A program made the position numbers and the translations under genes. The notes beneath the pieces were generated by a model, which saw nothing but the letters and a program-made list of their open reading frames with translations, did no database searches and was not told the origin of the DNA. DNA of 63,377 nt, counting the filler, from Intoshia linei (lineage: Eukaryota; Animalia; Orthonectida): assembly GCA_001642005.1 (NCBI GenBank). It is 9 parts of 9 records of this genome, joined end to end, with 100 filler letters (N's around TTAATTAATTAA, not from the genome) between each part and the next. Parts side by side here need not be neighbours in the genome. Positions count along the whole stretch, not along the records: positions 24,641 to 46,364 come from LWCA01000633.1; 8 more parts are not named here. The stretch is one strand, 5' to 3'. Positions within the stretch are counted from its first letter, which is position 1, and each line of letters begins with the position of its first letter. This document shows, piece after piece, positions 24,862 through 37,988 of this stretch.

Positions 24862-25749
24862 TTAATTTATATGTGTTTGGTTTTGGTATGTATTTGAATA
24901 TTGTTTTGCATTAAACTTGTTATAAGTGAAATCAATGAGAGAATTTACATAGATATCTAGTATGTCAATGGCGCTAAAAGCTATTAAAACTGTAATAGCA
25001 CAGCTAGAGGGAATAATTTGTTCATAAGAATATACTTTAATTGGATAAGATACTCCAATCGCTATTAAACACGCCAAAGATGAAACCAACAAATCAAATA
25101 CAACAATATAAGCTTCCTTTTTGTCGTACAATACGGTAACAAATGATAAAATAGTAAAAACATCAAGTGAAATTAACGAAATGACATGTTTTATAGCTGG
25201 ATGAAGTAAAACTAGTCTTTCATCTACAAAAACTTTATTCATGTATATGGCATTAGCAGACATGTAAAGTTGATAAAATATCAATATTTTCAAATTTTCA
25301 GAGTTTTGTGATACAATGTAATCAAAAATAAAGTAGGCAATGGTTGATGCAACAAATATTAATTCCATAATATAAATTTTATCAAAATTAAATAACTCCC
25401 ATTTTTGTCTAAATATTTTCAAATAGAAATACCCGTCTGTTGATGCAATGACAACCATTCCCAAAATATAGTACAAGTGGTATAATATTTGATTAGATAT
25501 TTCACTGTCAATTGTGTAATGCCCTAATAGGCCAAATAAAATTGTTGACAAACTTACAACAATTGAATGAGTAATTAATTTATACATGAGTGGTTGTGTG
25601 TCCATAAATAATTCAATAATGGTTAATCCTACTGCATTGATTGTAAGATAAATAAATCCAATATCTGCCAAATAAATTTTTTCATGTACGGTATTCCAAT
25701 CGAATCCTTGAACTCCAATCATCAACAACATAAATGAAAATGTATTCAT
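24862..25749 (-). CDS. Intronless multi-pass membrane protein, unknown family
   Basis: 295-aa ATG-initiated ORF, far longer than chance at this AT content, with about 8-9 hydrophobic segments separated by charged loops. Confidence 0.65.
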   Translation of the reverse strand: MNTFSFMLLMIGVQGFDWNTVHEKIYLADIGFIYLTINAVGLTIIELFMDTQPLMYKLITHSIVVSLSTILFGLLGHYTIDSEISNQILYHLYYILGMVVIASTDGYFYLKIFRQKWELFNFDKIYIMELIFVASTIAYFIFDYIVSQNSENLKILIFYQLYMSANAIYMNKVFVDERLVLLHPAIKHVISLISLDVFTILSFVTVLYDKKEAYIVVFDLLVSSLACLIAIGVSYPIKVYSYEQIIPSSCAITVLIAFSAIDILDIYVNSLIDFTYNKFNAKQYSNTYQNQTHIN

Positions 25750-26199
25750 ATTTAGTATAAATTCAGGTAAAATGATATAAATTACTGTGAAATTGGTATC
25801 ATTTCAAAAAATATAGGACCATATTGTAGTAAAGTCAATATTTTTATTTAAATTATTCCAAATTAATTATTTTAATGTTTACTAATTAGTTACAAGGTCA
25901 CACATTTTTAAATATAATTTTAAGAAACGTGGACCATTGGGCCTCATAGCGTTGACCTTAATATCTATACTTATATAAAAGTGAATGTCTAGTGGTAGTA
26001 GCCTGCAGGGGCGGATCCAAGAGGCTAGTTAATGGGGTGCGAGCGAAGCGAGCAATATATTTAATTTCGCCTAAGTTGAAAAAAATTTTAGGGACTTATC
26101 TTTTAATATCAAGGCGTCTTTTTTAATTTCATTTAAAGGTTGTTATACAATAGAATAGTTCAACCTTTTAAAATTTTAAAAAAGTTCATTATTTTAACG

Positions 26200-27470
26200 G
26201 ACCATATTCCATTGTTATCTCTTTCATGTTCATCCAAATTAACCGGAATGAAATTTAGATGGTTTCAAGATCTATCAGATTACGATTTTGTGATTTAATA
26301 CAGACCAGACCCTCAAAATCAAATGACCGACCAACTATCTTGTTGTAATGCAGTCATACACAATAATGATAATTTTAACATTGAAAAATATCAATCCAAT
26401 GACATATTGTAATCAATTAAAAAATTAATTGACTCACAATTCATCTTTACCTGAAACTAATCCCACAAAAATAAAATGAAATTTTGCTTATATAATAATC
26501 TTTTATATTTTAAAAACTTCACTAAAGAAATGTTAATTGTTACACCTAACTCGTTGCGTGATAAGCTTGTTAGAGAATTTACACAACGGCAAATTTGCAG
26601 CTTATTCAGGTACACGTAAAGTAATTCAAGCTATTCGAAGGAATTTCTATTGTAAAAGTTTGGAATCATGCGTTAAAAAATTTATTAGAAAATGTTCAAA
26701 ATGTAATTTATTTAAAACCGGTAGGCGACACTATAATTACCCATTAAATCAAGTAGTTTTATCTAAATTTAATGAACTGTGGCAAGTCGATTTTGCTGGA
26801 CCAATGTTAATTACCAAAAACGAAAATCGTTAAATATTGGTCAATGTCGTCAGTTTACTGGTTGACCTGAAATCTTTCCTGTTAAAGAAATGACCGCTGA
26901 TTGTGTTGCGTATAACATATTTAAATAATATTGTCGCAAGGTATGGTGTTCCACATCAAATTCACACCGACCCAAATTGATTCAGCTATTGTAAAAATCT
27001 ATGCTCAGTTATAGGGATCAAGAAAACTAGAAAAGAATAGTAGAGCGAATGAATCGAACAATAAAGGATAAAATTCGCTGTCTTACAAATCAAAACAAAA
27101 ATGATTGGGATTTGAAAATATTCCAAATTCTTACTAATATTCGTAATATGCCTACAGTCAAAAATCAACAATCACCTGCAGAATTATTATTTGGACGCTT
27201 TTTGTCCTTGCCATTCATCATAATATTAACGAATAATTCCAGAAAGGCAAGTATACATTCGGCAAAATCAAACCAACCTAAATACCAAAGTAGGGTTAAA
27301 AGAAACTTTGATAAACATGTACCAAAACAACGTACCTTTCATTCTCCAGTTTTTAAACGAAATAATTCAGTTACGTCATTTAAGATTTACGATCATTTGA
27401 ACGGACACGATTATTTTTATACTAGACTTTATACATGTAATTTCTATAAATTTCATGCATTAAATTAAAA
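26200..27470 (+). mobile_element. Degenerate Ty3/gypsy pol (RNase H end plus integrase)
   Basis: Motifs YDFVI.YRP..QNQMTD.LS, zinc finger H..C..C, WQVDFAGP, YGVPHQIHTD, ERMNRTIK and SPAELLFGR, with stops and frameshifts. Confidence 0.85.
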
Positions 27471-29288
27471 TTAATGTTGTATCTTACCGGTCATTTTTAA
27501 ATCTATGAAATTTAATCTTTATAAAGAGATTTATAATCAAAAATTGATAAAGAAATTATATTTTTGTTGACTCAACAATGAATATCTATTGAAAAGGAAT
27601 TGTTAAAAAAAATGGAGATTAATAGAGAACTACATTCTCAGATTCTTGATGAGTTTGCCATTAAACCACGTTTATTAGAATATATGTATAAATAATAGTT
27701 ATAGATAATAAAATTTAATCTAAAGTTAATTAATTGTAGTGATATTAAGTGTATATTAGAGTGTTAACTTTTTGATCGAATTTTAGAAATTAACAAATAC
27801 AGGGCCGTACGGTATGAGAAATGCCATAAAAATAACATCTGCGGTGTTTGTTTTTAATATTATTACAAAAACATTGCTCTGCAATTTAAAAATACCCATA
27901 ATATTTTGAACTGAAATTTATTATTATTATATTATTTTATATGATTATTATTAATTTTAAGTCGATTAACGGTGTCATTATCTAATTCACCGTCAATGCA
28001 TGTAATCGATCTAATTTTTATAGCCATTTGAAAGTATTTATAGTACTGTTGTTACTTCACCCCGTAAAGAATCTAAGAACTAGTATAGATGAAATGAAGT
28101 GGAAAGGTTGCTCTTTAGGAGTAAATTATATGGTAGAACACCTAACAGTAAAAAAACATACATATGATGCAACAAACTTTTTTAAATGTATCATTATGAT
28201 ACAACTTAAAACCATACAACTTGTATGTTCCAACAATTACGAATTTGGCTTCCTTAAAATTTCATCAACCTTATGCCAGTGTGGTATAATTTCTGTGAGA
28301 TTTTATATGCGAATTACAGTTTTGTCAAAAATGTGGCTTCTAAAAGATATCAACCTTTATTTACACATTTATGGTTTATTTTATTTGACAGATGTAATAT
28401 GGAAGTCATGAAACATTACAATATGATTAGAATCAAAATAATTATTATTTTTTCATTGCGCTGAATTTCATTAAATGATTTATATTATGTTTATCTTATT
28501 TTGACACAAAAAAAATTTTGGCCATTACTGATGAAATTTTAAATATAAAATAGAAAGAAAAAAATATTTTTTTGTCATTAATTAGACTCATTTTAATAAA
28601 TAATATAAACATAATGGCAAGGTTACATACAATGTTATAAATCTTATTTATGAAAACTTTCCTTTGAGCAGGTCGATGTTTTTCAAAATGTAGGGTTAAC
28701 GAATGGTACCACCGTTTTTAAAATTTTTTTTCTCATGCTGTATCACCCTGTATTTTTGTTCTTAGAAAAAATTTAACACCTTAGTGTATATATGTTCCAT
28801 TTCTATGGTACTGTGTTGAGTATGAGTAACATTTTAACCGAAGAGTCGCCACTGTATCTCACTCTAATTTTTTGTCTTTCTATTTTTTCTCATCACATAT
28901 ACTGGAAGGGAGGTGTAACGTTGTATATAACAACGAATCAATATAAACATTTACCTTTATCAAGATTTACTCAAGACATATTTTATATATAAAATTATCT
29001 AACACTTTTAAATATAATTTGGTGTTATTAAACATTTATTAAACCTCGCTACAGAAATATGTGTGATAATCTATTTAATTCATTCCTTCGCAATTTTTAA
29101 ATTTTAAAAAATTTTGAATAAAATTTAAATAGAAACTAAAAAACGAAACTAAAAGAAATTTGTTAATATCATTTTTATATTTATTACAATCCTTTGTAAT
29201 TTTTGTAAAATTCGACTAAAATATGTTTATAAATTGAAGATTCGGTTAATTATTGATACATAATTGGTATTTTTAAATATTTATTTAA

Positions 29289-31144
29289 TTGTACAGAATA
29301 TATCATCACATCAATTATAGTGTTACTGACAAAGAATTTGTAGCAGCCGTATGGGCGGTCAAGGAATTAAATTATTACACATATGGTCTTTATTTTGAGA
29401 TAATAACAGATCATAATCCTCTCGTAAAATTAATTGGTAGTTCCAAATTGACTGGTATGAAACAACGTTGGTCTCAATTCCTCAATATGTATGATTTTTC
29501 TATAAGTTATAGACCGGGAAAATTAAACGGTTTGGCAGATACACTTTCTCGCATACATGTCATTGCCAGTATTAATGATTCTATGGGAATTCGTTATGCT
29601 CAGCAGTTAGATAGTGAATTTATCCAAATGAAGGAATTTTTAGCAAATGGTGATTCTCATCAAAATCCCTCTTTGCAAAATAGCACCCTATGGACTTTAC
29701 GTAACCGTTTATATATTGCAGACAATTTGATTTGTTATAGACGAGACGAATTCTTATTAGTTATAGTCCTTAGTTCCAAACATATGGGAGTTTTAAAAGC
29801 AGCACATGAAGATTTTGGTGGAATTCATGTTGGAAGTACTAGATTGGTTGATGACATACATCGCCAATTTTTTGGAAAGGTATGGTAGCAGATGCAATAA
29901 AACACGTTTATAATTGTGAAATCTGTCATGTTTCAAAAGATGGACGCAGAAAACATCACTCCGTTACGACCTGTCGTAACACAGAATTTTAATGATATTT
30001 GGCAATTAGAATTTGCAGGACCTTTTGTAGATAGCAGACGAGGGAACCGATTCCTATTGTCATGGTTGATCTCTATACTAAATGGCCTGAAATTGTAGCA
30101 GTTCAGGATGACAGCGAAAACTACGTATAAAGCAATTATGGAGAATATTATTAGCAGATATGGTGTTCCTCAACGGAATTATACTGATCAAGGCACTCAA
30201 GTTTAAAGTGAATTGATTAGATCATTATGTAGCAAATTTGGCATTGTTAAACAGAAACTCGTAGTTATCACCATCAAGGTGCTGGAGCAGTTGAACGTTT
30301 AAATCAAGATATAATAAATATGTTACGTATACGTTGTAATGGGAAATTGGAGCCCACATGGGATGAAAATTTACCCGAATTATTGATTGTACTTCGAAAT
30401 CGTCGAAAAGCAAGTACTAATAAATCACCATTTCAGATGTTATTTGGGCGTAATTTACATGTACCATGGCACATCAAACAAATTGATGAGGTAAATGATT
30501 TGCAGATAAAAAATACTTCTCAGGTTGACAATGATGATCAAAAATATCGTCAAGGTATGAGTAGTTATTACAATAAAGCAGTTCCAAAGTATATTAGCAA
30601 TTGGAGCAGGCATTATCGAGCCAATGATCCTAAAATCAATAAATTAGATGATAGGTATCGAAAATGGGATACTCCCTATATTTCTGTTACAATACCCCTG
30701 GAAGAAGAAATAGCCCAGTATATAGAAGAGAATAAGGATCAGCCACATCATAGCAAAAGAATTTCAAAGAAACCCAATAAATTTGATGATTTCGAAATGT
30801 ATCATATACAATCGGAGAATTTGTTTGCTGACTCCAGTCACCCCAATTTAATTGAAAATTTTGCAGAAACCCATTCTGATCTTAATAGTAATTCAAATAA
30901 TTATGTTGATTTTGATTACGATTTTGATGACTCCAGTCACCTGAATTTAATTGAAAAATGTGCAGAAACCAATGCCGATCTTGATATTAATTCAAATAAT
31001 TATATTGATTTTAATTACGATTTTGATGACTCCAGTCACCTGAATTTAATTAAAAAATGTGCAGAAACCAATTCTGATCTTGAGAGTAATTCAAATAAGG
31101 TGTGTGGACAAAATGTCCCAGACTGTGCTTTATTTATAAAATAA
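29289..31144 (+). mobile_element. Degenerate Ty3/gypsy pol (RNase H plus integrase) with a repeat-containing tail
   Basis: Motifs YSVTDKEFVAAVWAVK..YTYG..F.IITDHNPL, YRPGKLNGLADTLSR, H..GGIH, WQLEFAGP, YGVP..TDQG and SPFQMLFGR, with several frameshifts. Confidence 0.9.
30830..31098 (+). repeat. 99-bp (33-aa) coding tandem repeat, ~2.7 copies
   Basis: GACTCCAGTCAC starts at 30830, 30929 and 31028, encoding DSSHLNLIEKCAETN.DL..NSNNY.DFDYDFD. Confidence 0.85.
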
Positions 31145-31559
31145 ATGAATATAAAATATATGCATTCACACGACCACGTAGGGGGCGATTATAATTAATG
31201 AGAATATTTTTAAACCCAACCATTTTTACTGAAATCTAACCATTTTTACTTAAATCCAACTATTTTTACTAAAAATCAAAATTTAGCAACCTTTATGCGA
31301 AAAATCCACTTTTAAAAACCCTAAGGAAAAATCCCAATTTTACAAACCCTAAAAAGAAAAATTTCTGTTTTACTAACCCTAAAAGGAAAAATTCGGTTTT
31401 AAAAACCCTTTAGCGAAAATTCCAGTTTCACCAACCCTTATGGGGAAACCCACTTTTACCAACCTTAAATGGAAAAATCGAGTTTTTGTTTTTGAGTTAT
31501 ATTATCCACTATAGACAAAAGTTGAAACTGCACTATTAAGATACCATATTATACCTACA

Positions 31560-32125
31560 ACCATATTACAAAAAAATTAGAAAACGGTTGAACGAAATGC
31601 GTCAATTCCTTTGCAGTATTTTTCAATTATATACTTTTGTTCAATATATCCATCTTTAAGTGTAAAAGAATCTTCCTCGTATGACCGTTTCTCTAATTTC
31701 TTCATCCTTTATACCTTCTTCATGATATTGAACAATTTTTTTGTTATAACAAAAATTATATGTCCACCAAGATTCAGTAATTTTGATGCAAAATTCTTCA
31801 TATTTTTTTGAGTAAATCTTTAGCATATGCAGTGTAACGCTGTAATTCTTCATAAGCCAAATATTCCACACTGGTCACTGAACCACTATCGATTCGGTTC
31901 TCATCCGATTTAGTGTAATTTATAGCATTATAATCACATTGAAATGTTTGATTATTCACAGTATACGAAACGACGTCACGGTAATTGGTAGGTTCTTGTG
32001 TCAATTTTTTTTGATAAAATGTAACCGTCTTGTTAGCAACGACGTAAGGCTCAAAACTCAAGCCATATGAAGGTTAATGTCTTTCAAATAAACTTGCCTT
32101 AAATTTATGTACAAATTTGACATCG
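31560..32125 (-). pseudogene. OS-9/ERLEC1-like MRH (PRKCSH) lectin, intronless and frameshifted
   Basis: C..ITESWWTYNFCYNKKIVQYHEE is the MRH signature. A further frame gives YIEQKY..C....RSTVF. There are frameshifts at the poly-T 31803-31810 and near 31660. Confidence 0.65.
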
Positions 32126-32983
32126 GTTTAAATTATCGGTTAAATTGTAAAGTTTAATAAAAAAATATTTAAAATATATTTTTACAACTGAAATAAATTA
32201 ATTATTTCCAATAATATGTTCTAAGTATTAATTTTTTGTAAGCATAATTTACAAATTCCCTTTTTTAATTAAATGTATTATCCATCTACCCTATTAAACC
32301 TTTTGTTTTTATTTTCAATTTAGAAGTATTTTAACCCTTACGAGACAATAACACGTATATATTCAAAAAAGAACAATCATAAATTTACAATTGTTTGTAT
32401 ACAAAAATACATACATACAAAAAATAAATATTACTATGAAAAAATATTAATTGTTTGCTGGCATACAAAAAAAGGCGGTACTGGCATCATTTGTGAACAA
32501 CTTATTACTCATGTAATATGAGTAATACTCATATTATATTATAGTACGTATTCTTTCTGGCCAATTTATTTTATCTGCTGTTTCTATAGTTTTGAATTAT
32601 CTATCTCGCCAACTTTTTCTAAATCTCAAGAATGGCGAGTTATAGAGTTATAAATTTATATTTTACAATAATTTCTTCCACGTTATTTCTCCAAAGAGAA
32701 TTATGTGGTACAGTCGGTTCAGTTCTTGCTCATTAACAAATTTAGATACACCAGAATTACAAAACAAAGAAAGCAGCTAAGGCAAGCAGTAAGTTGAAAT
32801 ACTAAAATTAATCCTGTTTAATCAAATTATTTATTAAATATTAATCAAAATGTTGTCAAGTTTCAAATAATGTTTGCGAATCTGAATTAGAATGTTTGTG
32901 ATATACACACATTATGCTTATCTGATTTTCAGTGTCTTTACCACTTGTCTTTGGTATATTTAATTTTTTTTTTTTCAAAATAA

Positions 32984-33310
32984 TCCTTACTTATATAATA
33001 TCATCCTAACTTATATAATATGCTACGCGATTTTTGTGTGTGTCTGTGTGTGTTATGCTTTATTTAAATAACTACCCGTCTTAGAATTTTTTAAAGACAC
33101 ATTTCAATTACAGTTTTTGGAGGGACGTATATTAAGATAAATTTTAAGCTCCCAATTTTACATCTTACGGGTCAAAAACCCCAGTTGTCCCTCTTTTTGA
33201 AAATCAAACGAGTTGGAGAATTTAAAAAAATATATACGCTGATGCAGTTTTTAAAATCATAAACATTATCATAAATTTAAATTTAAAAAAATTATATCTT
33301 CAGGGCCAAA
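32984..33310 (+). mobile_element. Helitron-like 5' end (tandemly duplicated start)
   Basis: A|TCCTTACTTATATAA at 32984 and A|TCCTAACTTATATAA at 33004, then (TG)n. It is the reverse complement of 1-408. Confidence 0.6.
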
Positions 33311-34173
33311 ACTAGTGATTGTGCCGGGGAAAAAACCGGGACAAAATTCCCGGGATATTTAATAATTTGAATTTTTAGATTTTTTGATTTTTACAAACAT
33401 TTGAAAAATGATCGTGAATTATGTAAAAAAATAATTTCCAATGATAAATACCAACAAAAATAACTTACATTTTATATTTTAAATTGTTAATTCTTTTTAA
33501 ATTATTGAAAATTTCAAATTGTTAGAACTTTCAATTCCAATTTTATTGTTCTTTTTGTTTTTAAGACATTTCGAAAAGTACTTTGTAGCGTTGCTATATC
33601 TCTTATGTACATATCTGACTTGATTTATACTTTTATTTACACAAATTAGACAATCGCACTTTTACAAATAGATTCTGTGAACAACTTAAATTTATAATTT
33701 TTGTATACCAATAAATTAATTATTATATCTCATTACATACTTATTTAGTACTTATAAAATCTGGACACTCTACTTTACGTTTAACACCAAATAAACTAAA
33801 ATTGATAGTACGTATTTTTCCAGCTACTTTATTTTATCTGCTGTTTCTATAATTTTGCATTCTTTATCTCGCCAACTTTTTCTAAATCCCAAGAATGGCG
33901 AGTTATATAAAGAATACTGTATTAATATCGTGAGTCTCATGAAATAACTTAAAGTTTCATATGTCAATTGATTAAATATAAAACTATACCTCTTATACAT
34001 ATCAACTATGACCGAATCATACATAAATTTAAAAATGGTATTAAAACGTTGGTAAATTAATTTAATCATTTTTCTTACATACTCAAAGAATAATAATCAG
34101 GAATATTAGTAACAATTAAGAGAATATTCAACGTACGTTAATAATTTATTTAATTTTAACAAGAATATATCTA

Positions 34174-35695
34174 TTAATTGTTGCATCTGGGTACATGATG
34201 TCTAATGTAGTGATTATATGGAATATCATGATGGACATAAAAATTTTCATAATGATCACCTTCATGATGGTCATCATCGTGGTTATGTGTATTGTGGTGA
34301 TGATCTTCATGTACATGGTGTCCATGATCTCGATAATCCAAATGACTTGGATATCTTTCATAAATTTGGTATCCATGTTCAGTGTTATAGGGTTCTTTTA
34401 AATTGTGCCAATGAATCTGATCATCAATTGCGTCCAAATGAGCATAATAATCATAGTCTCCATGTTGGTAGTGTGAATCAACATTAGTATTGATAGAATT
34501 GTGATGATTGTGGTTATCAATTGGAATGTAATCAGAATGTGAATGATCATGACCGTAATAATATTCACTATTATGAGTGTGATCCTTGTGAAAATTATTA
34601 TTAATATAGGAATGTTGACCATGTAATCCATGATGATCCTGATCGTATCCATGATGGTGTCCACTATCACTATGTGGGTGATTCATGTGCAAATCAGTAT
34701 TAATGTGGGTATGTTTACCATGTAATCCATTGTGAATATGATCGTATCCATTGTGGTGTCCACTACCACTATGAGGATGGTTCATGTGTAAATCACTCTT
34801 AATATGGGTATCCTCATTGTGTAATCTATTGTAATCTAATGGATGTAAATGGTTTTGATCGGGATGGCTGGTATAGTGATTTTTATGATCATTATGGTGT
34901 AAATTATCATTATGTATATTATGATAATGTCCATGAGTATTAGCATTACCATGCAAGTCACCTTTCATGGAATTTGAATGCCGGTTAAATGGATTTCCAT
35001 GTACATGTCCTAAAAATAAACATTTAAATACATATTAACTTTTATAATAGTGTGTCTGTCCATAAACTGTCTATAGTCAAACTCAATTTTCTTGGCGGGT
35101 CAAATATAAAAAAAATATATTACGTGGGTCAACAAAAAAATGTTTACTCAAACCAATATTAAACTAACGTATTAATTATAAATGTGAAATAATATATGTA
35201 AATTTATTAATAAAATGAAATAAACAACAATAATCATGGATTAAGTGTATGAATACTAATGTTGAAATTGTAATCATGAAAATTATATAAAAAATGTTAT
35301 TATAAAAATAAAAATGTAGCTTACGTATGCACTGAATGCAATATAAACAATCTACCTTTGTATAATTTACTATACGACTACATATATTCGTAAAAATAAA
35401 TACCTAAATGATGAGTATAACCATGACTATCCCCATGAATGTGTTTAGTCGGTTGGTATTCTTCGTGATTATTGCAACAATTTAGTCCATGCCTAACCGT
35501 TCTCTTTGATTTCCAATTTCCATCAAAGTGTCGCTTATGATGGTCATTAACCCTATTATTATTTGATAAACTGTTAATGCATAATAAATTGTAAAACTAC
35601 TGTGTACTACAAATTTAAACAATTACAATATGTATAATACCGTCTGAATTGCTAGTATAAACAAAAAATAAATATCACCCACTCACACCCATCAT
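34174..35695 (-). CDS. Histidine-rich, probably secreted protein (~360 aa, three exons)
   Basis: Exons 35695-35641, 35596-35404 and 35009-34174 join in phase across GT-AG introns. The N-terminus is hydrophobic (IYFLFILAIQT-FYNLLC) and the body is His/Asn/Asp-rich with 33-aa repeats. Exon 1 needs a 1-nt deletion to reach the ATG. Confidence 0.75.
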
Positions 35696-36578
35696 TTTTA
35701 TAGAAACCTGATTTTTTATATAGAGATTTTTCACTTTTTCCAGAGTGATGTTTAACACAAATTTCAATTTTACAAATTGAGTCTTTCAATGTCAAAAACT
35801 CTAATTTTTTTTTTTTTTAATTCAAACCCGTCCTAGATTATAAAAAATACACATTCTGAGAAACAGTTTAAAATTCATCAATGTAATGATAATTTTTATT
35901 TTCAAAATCGTATATCTTCACGGTTAAAACCCCAAATTACCCTTTTTTGTAAAAATTAAAAAAGTCTTACAATTTTATGAATCATAAATTATGGGATAGT
36001 TTTTAAAATCATAATCATTATCATAATTGACAACCCTAAAAAAGATAATTTTCACGATCAAAACCTCAGATTAAAAAAATGAAAACAGCCCTAGAATTTT
36101 AAAAAAAATTACAGATAATACAGTTATATCCAGTTAACACAGAAAAAACTTCAATCTGATAAATGGGCGTGTTTATAGTCTAATACCTAATATGAAATCT
36201 TATTTTGTACTTACATTTTATATATTGTTATTTTTAAATCTCACATAAGATATTTTAGTGTTTAGTTTAGTAAAATGACCAAAAAAAATACATCAGAAAA
36301 AATCAATTTTAGTTTATTTGATGTTAAATGTAAAGCCAAAACTACTTATCTATGATGACGAACAATAATTTACTACTCTTATATTTAAGGGTAATAAACA
36401 CTGTTTATTTAACAGAATTTGACATTTATTTAACTTTATTTTAGAAACTTCATTCAAGTTTAAAAAATATAGCTGTAAAATGATTTTTATTTAAAAATTT
36501 TTGACACCCAGGTTAAGAACCCATGTTCTATAATCTAGATTCTAGAACATTGGCTATATTATTTGAAAATCTCTACAA

Positions 36579-37988
36579 TTACATTTTTAATAATAAATAC
36601 TGATGTGGTTGATGATATTTGTAAGATTTGATCGTTTTGCAAGGAATGAGTGGTTTTTCTAGGCTATTTTTAATTTCATCCAACAAATAAGATTCAACGT
36701 ATTGACTTGACATATATTCATTTTCTTCTTTTTTATTTTGTATGAGCTTTTTTCTGATACCTGAAATGTGCATAATTAATAATTATGGTAGTATAGAAAA
36801 CTCAACAAACAGTCATGGCAAACATATCACGGATTCCTAACTTCGGCTTGGAACCTAAGCAGACAAGACCACTTGCTTTTTTAAAGCCATCTTTATGAAA
36901 ACTTTAATAAAACTTAAGCTAAGTCTCCAAATTTTGATAGGTCGATTAAACTTATCGTTCAATAAAACGTGTTTGATAATTCTGATCTACTTAATCCTTA
37001 GACTCCAAAGTACTTAGATCTGAGTATTGGGTGTCGAAAACATATTGTATTAATTCATACGAATTTTACAGCTTAGCATTTTAAGTTTTATTTCGCACAT
37101 ACATGCATATAAATTGTATTCCAAACCGTGTCATAAATACAAATTAATAAATTACCGCATTGTCCATAAGAAATAATTAAATTTGACAAAAATACAGGTT
37201 TAGTGTTGTCTAAAAATGCCACAAAAGAAATCTATTTGAATTAAATTATTAATTGTTTATAGATATTTTTATTAATTACAAAGAAAATTAAGAATTACAT
37301 ACCACCCAATTTTTTAAATGTTATACATTATAACCATTTCTGTTCATTTGGGACTTGGTATGAACTTTAGATTGGTATAGTCTACAAAAAATATAAAATA
37401 CATACGAAATCAGTTTCGTCGTCATTATATAACCAATCAACTTGTGCATGATTCCATAAAGTTCCAGATTGACTATTTGTGGTTTTATTGGCATTCTTAG
37501 ATTCCCATATGGTCAAAAATTCGTTGTTATGCTTTATATTCAGAATTAAATTGTTTTTGTTGGATATATAATCGAATTGTAAGCAAATGTTGGCATTTAT
37601 CGATTTATTTTTTTCAATGTCAATTGATAATTGACTAAAATACCATTTTAACAAATGATGACACCAGGGGTAACACTAACGTTTACTAATGACCATGTTT
37701 ACTTTCACTCAATTTTTAGCTTTTTAGTTTTTAATTTCACCCTATATTAAAACGCTTGATTGAGTATCAAGTTGGCTCTGTCAACCAAATTTTATTAAAA
37801 AAGCAATTTTTGGATTTAACTTACAATTACCGATAAAACCCATAAACTTTTATTAAATAATGAGACGTACTTTAAATTTTCATATGCATATGCATAATAT
37901 CGTTTTCCCTTAACAATTGTGCCATTGGATAAATTCCAAAAATCATGTTCACTTGAACAAAAATTGTAAAAATTGCATCGAGTAATGT
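36579..37988 (-). CDS. MAM-domain-like protein, 3' exons
   Basis: Exons give CNFYNFC...DFW, ICLQFDY..LILNI..IWES..SGTLWNHAQV and ISFVAF..VFLSNLIISYGQC, matching MAM domain spacing. The last exon is 36579-36761. The 5' structure is unresolved. Confidence 0.55.

Noticed and set aside
28028-28464. Cys-containing ORFs as a gene
   Set aside because: They have non-ATG or overlapping frames, no recognisable domain and no convincing splice structure. At most a decayed fragment.
34146-34670. Overlapping Ile/Met/Thr-rich and antisense ORFs as extra genes
   Set aside because: They are alternative-frame by-products of CAT/GAT/AAT-rich His/Asp/Asn codons.
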